The position numbers and the translations under genes were made by a program. From an uncultured delta proteobacterium (lineage in GTDB: Bacteria; Desulfobacterota; Syntrophia; Syntrophales; Smithellaceae): a stretch of 64,000 nt of DNA. Position 1 is the first letter of the stretch; each line of letters starts with the position of its first letter. Under the pieces are notes generated by a model. That model worked only from the letters and a program-made list of their open reading frames with translations. It made no database searches and was not told the origin of the DNA. Below, piece after piece: positions 39,863 to 48,687 of the stretch. The stretch is taken from contig CAVWEH010000004.1 of the NCBI GenBank assembly GCA_963753975.1, positions 224,001 to 288,000 on the forward strand. Direction: 5' to 3'.

Positions 39863-41404
39863 TTATTTTTTCGCCGTCGGCGGAAAGCTTTGATAGGATA
39901 CATCCACCGGCGGCATTTTCACGCAATCCTGAATTCGGGGAAGTTTGCCGTAAATGGGGTTCTCCTGCCATCCGTCCATATGCGCGGCACGCCTTGCCGC
40001 CGCCTGAAACTTTTTCCAGTCAGCACTGCCGTAAAGGAACATCTCCTGTGCGGCAATCGAGCCTTCGCCGTGAATGGTGTCCACCTGCCAGTGATTGCCG
40101 GTGATGTCCTTGATCAGCCGCAAAATGCGCAGCCGTTCCTCGGTGGGCACACCGTCTTTGGCCGCCAGATATTTTTCAATGAACGGTTGAATCTCCGGAT
40201 TTTTCCAGTCGCGATAGGCCGGCACGGTAGTGGTCAGTCCGCCGCCGATGTCCTGCATGTGCTGGCACATCGTGTGGAAGTTGCTCGCGTAGGTCCACTT
40301 CGAAGCATTGATCGCCATCCGGTTGGGCATCATTACATCCATGCCGAATTCCGTTTGCGGGTCCAGGCAGGCCTGCTTGGCCAACATCTGCACCGTTTCC
40401 GTGATATAGGCCATCCAGGCCAGCTTTTTGCGCACATGCGGAACATTTTGAACGCCGTTGTATTCGGCAATGAGGCTCGCCGCCCCGGTCATCTTTTCCA
40501 GCATACCCGTCATCTTGCAGGTGCCGAACAAGCGATGGTAGCTCGCAAAGGCGTAAGCCAGAATCTGCGAGAACTGCCATTCTCCGCACATGAAGACTCG
40601 TTCCCAGGGGATGAACACATCGTCAAAGATGATGAGCGATTCCGAAGGTTGAAGATGCTGTGATACCGGATAGTCGAATTCCCCTTCGTCGTCGTAGAGG
40701 CGCGTGTTGGGTTCCGCACCCAGAAGCTTCACGCCCTTTGCGTTAACGGGCACGGCAAAACCCAGAGCATAATCCTTATCGGCTTCACCATGGGTCCGGC
40801 AGGGCAGACACAACAGTTCATTGGCGCAGGGCGAGGCGCTGATATGAACCTTGGCGCCCCGGACGACGATGCCGTCCTTTCGTTTCTCCACGACTCTCAA
40901 ATAAAAATCTTTGTGCTGTTTCTGCTGCGAGGGGTGAAGGCTGCGGTCGCCTTTTACGTCGGTAATCGCCCCGGTGAGGGCCAGGTCGTTCTTCTGGAGA
41001 TAGCGGCGGTAATTTTCGACGCGTTCCATGTAGTGGGTGCCCAGCTTTTTGTCCATCACCTCCGCGGCCACACTGAAAGCGGCCAGAGCGTCCGCGCCCA
41101 TGCAGTGCACCAGCACGCCGCCGCCCGCCCGCATGCCCACCATGTAGCATTCGCGCCTGCGCAGCATATCCTCCGGCGTTTTGGGAGAGGTGAGCAGAAA
41201 ATTGATATCCTCGCCGTCTTTGTCCTTGGTGACGAAAAGATGACGGTAGTCAGGGAGGTTCGGCAAAACGTAATCCATCGCGGCCATTTCCACGATGGTG
41301 CTGACCGTGGGATGCGTCCGGACATCGGCCACTTTTTCACCCAGACACCAGACTTCCCGGCCGTCATTCAAACTTTCCAGATACTGTTCGACTGTTTTAA
41401 TCAT
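39863..41404 (-). CDS. 4-hydroxybutyryl-CoA dehydratase / 4-hydroxyphenylacetate 3-hydroxylase family protein
   Basis: YLESL, AITDVKGDRS, GIVVRGAKVH, FDDVFIPWERVF, YHRLFGTCK, HGEGS. Confidence 0.9.
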   Translation of the reverse strand: MIKTVEQYLESLNDGREVWCLGEKVADVRTHPTVSTIVEMAAMDYVLPNLPDYRHLFVTKDKDGEDINFLLTSPKTPEDMLRRRECYMVGMRAGGGVLVHCMGADALAAFSVAAEVMDKKLGTHYMERVENYRRYLQKNDLALTGAITDVKGDRSLHPSQQKQHKDFYLRVVEKRKDGIVVRGAKVHISASPCANELLCLPCRTHGEADKDYALGFAVPVNAKGVKLLGAEPNTRLYDDEGEFDYPVSQHLQPSESLIIFDDVFIPWERVFMCGEWQFSQILAYAFASYHRLFGTCKMTGMLEKMTGAASLIAEYNGVQNVPHVRKKLAWMAYITETVQMLAKQACLDPQTEFGMDVMMPNRMAINASKWTYASNFHTMCQHMQDIGGGLTTTVPAYRDWKNPEIQPFIEKYLAAKDGVPTEERLRILRLIKDITGNHWQVDTIHGEGSIAAQEMFLYGSADWKKFQAAARRAAHMDGWQENPIYGKLPRIQDCVKMPPVDVSYQSFPPTAKK

Positions 41405-41444
41405 GATATTCTTTCCTTTTTATATTGATTGTATGGTTAGTTAT

Positions 41445-41580
41445 TTTGATTATTCTGCAATTAGTCTAGAAAAAATAGAACCGTCACCTATTAATTTCCT
41501 TGTCTGTTATCTGTTTCGCCTACTAAGTTTCAGTTTTACGTGGCTCATAAAATTGAAGATTACTGGTTGTAAGGTGCTAA
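41445..41580. repeat. Dispersed repeat, copy 1 (others at 43026-43162 and 46773-46820)
   Basis: TTTTGATTATTCTG.AA..AG.CTAGAAAAAATA.AACC.TC in all three copies; copies 1 and 2 continue TCTGTTATCTGTTTCGCCTA. Confidence 0.75.
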
Positions 41581-41671
41581 CATTTAATATACGAACTTCA
41601 CTTTCCCCTTCCCCGATGATTTGAATATCGTAAAAGAAACTATTCTACCCGTTTTCTACAATTGTATTTCC

Positions 41672-41742
41672 CAGTGGAGCCCCCTCCGGTCGCAGATGAC
41701 CTTTAGATTACCAGAGCCGGGGGATTGCAAGTAGCGGGATTA
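41672..41742. repeat. Short copy of the 22314-22430 repeat
   Basis: AGTGGAGCCCCCTCCGG...CCGGGGGATTGCAAGTAGCGGGATTA. Confidence 0.65.
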
Positions 41743-42840
41743 ATAAATAAACGTCTTAACTTCTTTCATAAACGAATATGTTGATATTTTTCCGTCTTTT
41801 GTGCGAATCTTTACGGTGTCACCCTTAAAACTGATTATTTGTCCTTCAAGGACATTCCCGTTCTGTAATTCTATTCCCTTTAGCCCCTCTATTACTTGAT
41901 AATGCTCTTCTGAATCCACTGGGCGATTTGTAACTGAGATATCCTTCTTGGGAACTTTTACTTTATCTTTGCGTAGTCGCGTACTGTTTTTGTCCTTCTT
42001 AAATTGATTTAAAAGGGCAATCACAGAATCAGCATCGCCCTCGTTATAAGTCTTCAGCAGTGAATCTCTCAAACGTCTTGGTTGTTTTTGTATCCACGCC
42101 ACAATTCTTCCTGAATCCCTTAAATTATCAAAGTCCGGATGAGCGCTTCTTATGGTATTAAGACGGTTTTCTTTAGCGATTCTTTCTAAATCTTCATTTG
42201 AGGTTGGACCAGTTGGCTGATCCGGTACCGGAGCTGGTGCAGGTGCCGGTTGAGCGACGGGTGCTTCGACTTCAGGAGTCGCTACCGATACCGGCTCTTT
42301 CATTTTGTTTAGGTTTGCAATTATGAACGGAATGCCGGCGAGTACGATAATAATTAATATATATATAATGACAGCTTTATAACTAGTTTTAGCTTTTGGC
42401 TTATTTTCTTCTATATGAGGTTTGCCAACTGCTCTTTGCTGTGGTGGTCGTCTCGAAGGAGTTTCTGCTTTTACCTTTTTTTCGTCTACGCGAGGTGTGC
42501 TAACTGTACTTTGCTGTGGTGATGGTCTCGAAAGAGTTTCTGCTTTTACCTTTTTTTCTTCCATGTGAAGTGTGCCAACTGCACTTTGCTGTGGTGACGG
42601 TCCCGAAAGGATTTCTGCTTTTACCTTTTTTTCTTCTATGGGAGGTGTGCTGACTACACTTTCCTGTGCTGATGGTCTCGGAGGTGGTTCCTCGGTCATC
42701 TTTGAAACTTCTCGCGGCGGAACTTTTTGTTCTGATATATCTTGTTTGGCAACTTTAACCGGGGGTAAGGTCATAGTGCAGTGCCAGCATTTTATTGCAT
42801 CATCTCGAAGCTCTCCATCACAGAATGGGCATATTTTCAT
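41740..42840 (-). CDS. Membrane-anchored hypothetical protein: zinc ribbon, four 25-aa repeats, TM helix, C-terminal domains
   Basis: CPFC...CWHC; repeats PSPQQS.V.T...EEKKVKAE; hydrophobic IIYILIIIVLAGIPFII. Confidence 0.8.
   Translation of the reverse strand: MKICPFCDGELRDDAIKCWHCTMTLPPVKVAKQDISEQKVPPREVSKMTEEPPPRPSAQESVVSTPPIEEKKVKAEILSGPSPQQSAVGTLHMEEKKVKAETLSRPSPQQSTVSTPRVDEKKVKAETPSRRPPQQRAVGKPHIEENKPKAKTSYKAVIIYILIIIVLAGIPFIIANLNKMKEPVSVATPEVEAPVAQPAPAPAPVPDQPTGPTSNEDLERIAKENRLNTIRSAHPDFDNLRDSGRIVAWIQKQPRRLRDSLLKTYNEGDADSVIALLNQFKKDKNSTRLRKDKVKVPKKDISVTNRPVDSEEHYQVIEGLKGIELQNGNVLEGQIISFKGDTVKIRTKDGKISTYSFMKEVKTFIY
42385..42685 (-). repeat. About four copies of a 75-bp coding tandem repeat
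   Basis: TTTCTGCTTTTACCTTTTTTTC recurs at 75-nt spacing (about 42462, 42537, 42612). Confidence 0.85.
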
Positions 42841-43025
42841 AACTGTTCCTTAAAATTAATAAATTTAGTTTTCCAGATGTGTTGAACATCATTATAGCAC
42901 ATTATTTTTTTTTAAAAAAGGAGGGAAACAGAGAATCATTTATTACGGGTTGAAATATTGTGTTAATTTGAGTGTTGAGTGATGAATTGCCCCCGACCCA
43001 TAAGTTCCTCTGCCCAATGAGATGG

Positions 43026-43162
43026 TTTTGATTATTCTGTAACAAGTCTAGAAAAAATAGAACCATCCCCAATTAATTTCTCTATCTGTTATCTGTTTCG
43101 CCTAGAAGTCTACAACTTTACGACATGAATAAAAATGAGGATTCCTGGTTGAAAGCTGTTAA
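43026..43162. repeat. Dispersed repeat, copy 2
   Basis: Aligns by eye with 41445-41580. Confidence 0.75.
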
Positions 43163-43247
43163 CGACCTAACAATACCACAGCAATAATAATTAGACTTAA
43201 AGTTATCCTTTTCATTTTTCTTACCCTTTTTAAATTGTTTTTAAATG

Positions 43248-43631
43248 TTACCAGCGCGCTTTTTCCAAGATTTCTGAATATCGTTGAAATTCTTCATCCG
43301 TTAAGTAGACGGAGTCCCATCCAAACGGTGGCAGTTGTATTTTACTACCAAGCTTGAGCTTGCTGTAATAGTTCCTGTAATAGTTCCTCGTAGTCTTGAA
43401 TGAAGTAAACTTCTTACAGTCTCTGGAAGCGATCCCATTGGAGATGTTATCTTGAGCTTCTTTTGGGAGAAACGGAATAATGTCGACATCAACCTGAGCG
43501 ACCTGGCACTGCTTCGTGAGGAATTCGACGTCCTGTTTTGTCAGTTTTGTTGGCTCTCCGGCATATACAGTGGACAGTATCACGGTTACCAGCATAAAGG
43601 ATAATAACGCTGCAAAACTCATCTTTTTCAT
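43248..43631 (-). CDS. Exported hypothetical protein
   Basis: Signal peptide ending VYA, two Cys; GGAGG RBS. Confidence 0.75.
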   Translation of the reverse strand: MKKMSFAALLSFMLVTVILSTVYAGEPTKLTKQDVEFLTKQCQVAQVDVDIIPFLPKEAQDNISNGIASRDCKKFTSFKTTRNYYRNYYSKLKLGSKIQLPPFGWDSVYLTDEEFQRYSEILEKARW

Positions 43632-43931
43632 TGTTCATTCCTCCGTTGGATAAATAAATAATAAACACGGCAGCGTTTCCTTGTCAAACGAAAAGGATTA
43701 AATAATTATTTGAAAATCGTGGCAACTTAATAATTCGGCATATTGCTAAACGGAAATGGTTTATGCAGATTCTGCATAAACAGAAAAATTATCTAATTCA
43801 AAAACTGATAATTTCTGTTGATTTCAAAAGAAAGCTACTGTAGCAACGGAACTGCTCGGCCTAACCCTTACAGGAAGAAAAGCTTACCGTTAACGCCTCC
43901 CAATTTCCTAAGAGGCAACTGCCGCTAAATT

Positions 43932-44672
43932 CTAATTTCTTAATTTACCATCATTCTTCTTCAGAAAAATTTCCCACAGGGCTTTGATCGTTTTATAGTC
44001 ATGCCCACCGTCAATGGTATAAACGCGGTCTTGTTGTAAAAGAGGCGCAAGTATTTGCGACCCGTTCTTATAAGTATCGTCGGCACCGTATCCCAAATAA
44101 ACTATTTTGGCAGGACTGTCGGCAATCGTTGTCTTTATCCAGTCCCACAGCATTCTCTGCCAATCTTCTTCGGCGTCGTAAGCCCCCGGGTTCCACTTTC
44201 GGACGCCGCCCGCGGCTTCAATTTCGGAAAGGATCGATTGTGAGCCGAGAAACGGAGCAATCAAGTAAACGCCAGCAATGTCCTGGGGCCGATCCTTGAG
44301 ATAAAGCATAGCTCCCAGTCCCCCCATCGAAACGCCGACCAGCCAGATTTTTTTATAGCCCCTGGCCCGGGCCGGGTCTATCACATCCTCTTTCAGCCGC
44401 ACAATCAAGTTGCGACGTATATAGTAGCCAAGATGAGCATTGGGAGCGACCATATCGAATGGTAAGCCGCGCGCCCAGACGTCGGCCACAAGCCCCTTTT
44501 CTTCGAAACTGCGATGAGATCCTCCTATGCCGCGCAAGAAGACAAACAGACGTTTGTTGGCCGCTGCCTTGTTGGGATTCTCATAGGTAAGCACATCCAT
44601 CGGAGCGGGGACGATCATGGCGCAGCCCGATAAAAAAGCAACAAGCATAACGGCCGCCAAGTATCTCATCAT
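43932..44672 (-). CDS. Alpha/beta-hydrolase lipoprotein
   Basis: Lipobox LSGC, GVSMGG nucleophile, GGH. Confidence 0.85.
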   Translation of the reverse strand: MMRYLAAVMLVAFLSGCAMIVPAPMDVLTYENPNKAAANKRLFVFLRGIGGSHRSFEEKGLVADVWARGLPFDMVAPNAHLGYYIRRNLIVRLKEDVIDPARARGYKKIWLVGVSMGGLGAMLYLKDRPQDIAGVYLIAPFLGSQSILSEIEAAGGVRKWNPGAYDAEEDWQRMLWDWIKTTIADSPAKIVYLGYGADDTYKNGSQILAPLLQQDRVYTIDGGHDYKTIKALWEIFLKKNDGKLRN

Positions 44673-45018
44673 TTGTCTTGAGTATTGAGTGATGAATTGC
44701 CCTCCCCTGCTCCACATTAATGAGACCCAAATTTTAGAAGCGGAGCATGCTGAAATTTGTTGGACGAATTAATGAAACTCAAATGTTACAAACACAGTGC
44801 AGTAACATTTGTTAGTTGAATTATCCCGCCGCAGGCGGAGGAGATCGCAGATATCCGTGGTATCCCAGGAGCATAGTACCCTTAATAACCTGAAGGTCAC
44901 CATGGGGGCATCTACGACGACGTGGGACTTGTACCTTATGTAATTTTCCCGATCCATAAGTCCTCTGCCCGATGACCCACTGCCGCTTTGGTATTTTTGC
45001 AACAAATGAGATCGCGTG

Positions 45019-45955
45019 TCAGTGCGGTTTTCGGCCGTCTTTTTTCATATTCAGCATTTCCTGCATAAGCTCGTCGATGTTCAGCCCCGGGGTATGACCG
45101 TATTCCTGAAGAAGAGCGGCATCGAACATTTCTTCCAGTTTCCGGAGTTGTTCCAGGGCGGTTTCATTCTGGCTGAAGGACTTATCCATCATCTCGACCA
45201 GGTTGTCCCCGGATTTTTTGAGATCGCTTAAATCGATATTCAGCGGCGTATGGGCGAACACCTTTTTCAAAAGATCGTAGCATGCTTTTGCGTTAAAATT
45301 CTGAATATACGGCGGGACTCCTGGCCGTGATGCCGGCCGCCTCGATACCCTCCCTGCCGGCCTGATTCAAAAGCATTGTGGAAAAGCTGCACGGCCCCGC
45401 GTAATTCAGAAACGGAAACGATTTGAATTCACTCTTCAACTCCGGACGGCTCAGCACGGCAAAGACCCGCGTTTCCCGGGTATGGGGCACCTGGTCGTAA
45501 ACGCCGCCCAGAGAATAAATTCTTGGAACCCGGTAGCGTTTGGCAATGCTCAGAATGGCTGACGCGTATTCCGGCCATTTCAGATTCGGTTCGGAACCTG
45601 TAAAAAGAATCAGGTCGTTCCCGGCGCCGCTCTTCCAGAAAAAGAATTCACTGGCGGGTTCGGCAAGCGACCTGATCAGGCCTTCTTCGATGACCGCATG
45701 GGGTCTCATGGTTTGCGCCGGATCAAAGCCCGGGACCTGCCAGATATGAAAACGCTGGGAATCGATGTGGGCGAACTTACGGGCATTAAGTTTGCGGCGC
45801 AGAAAGTCAATGCATCCGGTCGCAACCTCGCCCGCATTCAACCAGCCGCCTAAGCCGATCAGAATGTATGGATTTACAAGGTCGGGCGTATCCTGAAGAA
45901 TGAGACTGTCGTTCATAAGCGCTGCTATTATTGTTTGCCCGCTCTTTGCAGTCAA
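45019..45955 (-). pseudogene. PAC2-family (proteasome assembly chaperone-like) protein, frameshifted
   Basis: GWLNAGEVAT, EPNLKW, VPHTR; removing one base at 45314-45316 joins PPYIQNFNAKACYDLLKK...IDLSDL. Confidence 0.8.
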
Positions 45956-46004
45956 GTATTATTTGTGGTACATATATATGGAAAGGTCATGGAGGAAAAT
46001 GCGT

Positions 46005-46682
46005 ATGAAGATCACTGCTATTATCGGCAGTCCAAGAGGAACAAAAGGTGCTACTGGCAGGCTTATGGAAATCGTGATCGAGGGGGCCAAAAAACAGGGA
46101 GCCTCGACGGAAATTTTTGTCATCAAAGGAGGGGAAGTAAAGCCGTGCAGGGCCTGCGATATCTGTCACAGGGATGGCTTATGCCCGCAGAAGGATTCTT
46201 TTAGAGAGATAAAGGAAAGTATCAATAAGGCCGACGGTCTTATTCTGGCGAGTCCCAACTATATATTTCATGTCAGCGCTCAATTGAAAGCCTTCTTTGA
46301 CCGCTGCGCCAGTGCGCTTCATCTGCAGGAGTTTGAGGGAAAGTATGGCGCGGCAGTGGTCACGTCCGGCGGTGGCGATGAAGCGCCTGTAGCGGACTAC
46401 ATGCAGCATTTTCTCGCCACTGCAGGAGCCGTGCCTGTTGGCGCCGTCTGGGCGACGATGGGGCAGATACAGAATTATAATTTCCCGCAGGATGTAAGAG
46501 AAAAGGCTTTTGCCCTGGGCGAGAGGCTTGTTCATGCATGGAAGGCCAAGGAAAAGAATCCCACCTACGCGGAGGTTACACGGGCGTTCAATGAGCGCAT
46601 GCGTTCTCTGATGCTCTGGCGCAAAGAGGAATGGCCATATGAATACGAATACTGGAAGACGCACCGGGGATTGAAGGCTTGA
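46005..46682 (+). CDS. Iron-sulfur flavoprotein / flavodoxin family
   Basis: IGSPRG, CRACDICHRDGLC, ASPNY, KAFFDR; GGAGG RBS. Confidence 0.92.
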   Translation: MKITAIIGSPRGTKGATGRLMEIVIEGAKKQGASTEIFVIKGGEVKPCRACDICHRDGLCPQKDSFREIKESINKADGLILASPNYIFHVSAQLKAFFDRCASALHLQEFEGKYGAAVVTSGGGDEAPVADYMQHFLATAGAVPVGAVWATMGQIQNYNFPQDVREKAFALGERLVHAWKAKEKNPTYAEVTRAFNERMRSLMLWRKEEWPYEYEYWKTHRGLKA

Positions 46683-46772
46683 TGGCCGAAGACAGCATCA
46701 AACCAACTTGCCAAACCTCAACATCCCTGGCAATAAATGGAAATGTCCCTTTTTTCGAAACAAATGAGATGG

Positions 46773-46820
46773 TTTTGATTATTCTGTAACTAGCCTAGAA
46801 AAAATAAAACCGTCCCTAAT
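46773..46820. repeat. Dispersed repeat, copy 3, abutting the HerA stop
   Basis: TTTTGATTATTCTGTAACTAGCCTAGAAAAAATAAAACCGTCCC. Confidence 0.7.
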
Positions 46821-46824
46821 ATTC

Positions 46825-48669
46825 TTACTTAAAGTTTGCAATATCACCATATACTTCCATAAATAAAGGTGAACCTGTAAAGGACAAAGGAGAAACCGGG
46901 CCAAAAAACATAAATGGGAATTTATTATTGCTGGCCGGGTCTATAAAAGATCGATACAGACTAATAGCAGATCCATTATTTATTAAATCACTAATTCTTC
47001 TTAAAGCTGGTCCAGAAGTCAATCCATAACCAAAACCGAAGATTCTCACCTGCTCCCAAATCTCTCTATCTAAAGATTCAATGGTTTGAGTTATAAACAT
47101 ATACCCGATACCATATTTCCTGGTTGTTCTTACGGAATCAATTATTTCTGTGGTTAGTTGGGCAATTTGGGAATCGGATGATTCTCTCGATATGAACCTG
47201 TGCGCCTCATCCATAACAATAAGACAATTTACCTTCTTGCCTTGCGCATAGAAATCTTCTCCTTTTTCTTTAATTTTGGATTCAATAATTTTGACAAACA
47301 TTGCCTGAAGATTCTCGCTTATTTCTCTTCCACCCTTTTCGCTCAAATCCAAAATGACAAAATTACCCTTCTTGTCCTCATCTGTTACGAGCCTGATAAT
47401 TGAATCTATGGACTCTTTTTTTTGGCCACTAGCTTTTCTATCTGCAAATAAGACCACCACCGGTTTCCAATACTTAACGTAAATTTCTTTCAGTTGAGTT
47501 TCGCTAGAAAGCAAAGACGTGAGATTATCAATAAGCTGATCTTTCCTCGCATTCTGAGTGTAAATCAAATTAATATATTTATTATACTCAATGTCTCTCC
47601 TCCCTCTTGCATTTTCTATTTCTCTTGTTTCTGTAAATTTTTCTAAAACGTCTTTCATGGCCTTGTAACTAAATTCATCGTCCCACATTTTCTTCAAGCT
47701 GAAACCACCCTTGCTAACTTCAGCGCGATTTTGTATGTAAATTGATACTGCTTCCGCAGCGTTATTTTCTCTATCACTCAAAATACTAAAACTCTTTTTA
47801 ATAAATTCACTTTTTTGAAGCAGAGAGCCAAATAAATCGAAAGCATCGGCAGGCAAAAACAAGTCCTCCAGAACTTTGTACTTATTATATTTCATCCCTA
47901 TTTTCTCTATCTCATCCTTGAGTTTTTTGTTTTTGGGAACAACTAGTTCGCTATCAATATAGAACTGTCCCTTGGGATCTAAGACGAGAATATTCATATT
48001 GTTTTTATTTTTTGCATATCCTAATAACATATAAACTGCTGTTACAGATTTGCCAGAACCAGTTTTTCCAAAGACCCCAATATGGTAAGCATCGCCCGCG
48101 CCAAACTCCTTATTTTTTTCGTCCGTTGCATCAAAGTGTTTAAACCAAAAGGGTAAATCAACGTCCGTACCATAAACACGTCCGATATATGTTATATGCA
48201 CTTCATTAGTTTTCATAAGGGCAGTCATAACTTCGTTATTCATTTTTTTCACTTTTTCTCCGGTGGAAGGCGAAGTTCCGAGAATATATCCTTTTGGTTC
48301 AGCCTGTCCTAAATCATAACAAGCTTGGACACTAATAGTAGCTATTCGATTGTCCGCAGCACCGCTTAAATGCGGCAATGTCCCATGTCGTTTTATAACG
48401 CCTTTAAAAGAAGGGTCTTCATGCCATCTATTTTCAGTTCTAATCGAAATTATTTGACCCATCACCAGAACATTGCGGGCATCTTCCTCGATAGCAACAT
48501 ACACCATTTGACCTAATGCCCTATCAGCCTTACTTTCTTCGGTTATATCAATAGTAATATCAATAGTCGTGCTGGGGGAACTAGTTATACCGATAACAGC
48601 TTTTTGCTGCTGAGCTTTGATGACTTCTAGAATATGATCACAAACTGACTTCTCTTGAGTACCACTCAT
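46825..48669 (-). CDS. herA: HerA/FtsK-family ATPase (HAS barrel + DUF87)
   Basis: HIGVFGKTGSGKS Walker A, VLDPKGQF, IVMDEAHRF Walker B, RKYGIG...ITQ arginine-finger motif. Confidence 0.88.
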   Translation of the reverse strand: MSGTQEKSVCDHILEVIKAQQQKAVIGITSSPSTTIDITIDITEESKADRALGQMVYVAIEEDARNVLVMGQIISIRTENRWHEDPSFKGVIKRHGTLPHLSGAADNRIATISVQACYDLGQAEPKGYILGTSPSTGEKVKKMNNEVMTALMKTNEVHITYIGRVYGTDVDLPFWFKHFDATDEKNKEFGAGDAYHIGVFGKTGSGKSVTAVYMLLGYAKNKNNMNILVLDPKGQFYIDSELVVPKNKKLKDEIEKIGMKYNKYKVLEDLFLPADAFDLFGSLLQKSEFIKKSFSILSDRENNAAEAVSIYIQNRAEVSKGGFSLKKMWDDEFSYKAMKDVLEKFTETREIENARGRRDIEYNKYINLIYTQNARKDQLIDNLTSLLSSETQLKEIYVKYWKPVVVLFADRKASGQKKESIDSIIRLVTDEDKKGNFVILDLSEKGGREISENLQAMFVKIIESKIKEKGEDFYAQGKKVNCLIVMDEAHRFISRESSDSQIAQLTTEIIDSVRTTRKYGIGYMFITQTIESLDREIWEQVRIFGFGYGLTSGPALRRISDLINNGSAISLYRSFIDPASNNKFPFMFFGPVSPLSFTGSPLFMEVYGDIANFK

Positions 48670-48687
48670 AATTCCCCCTATCTACAA

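Noticed and set aside
43830..43930. c-di-GMP riboswitch-like words
   Set aside because: The GNRA-tetraloop/receptor architecture and motif order are absent
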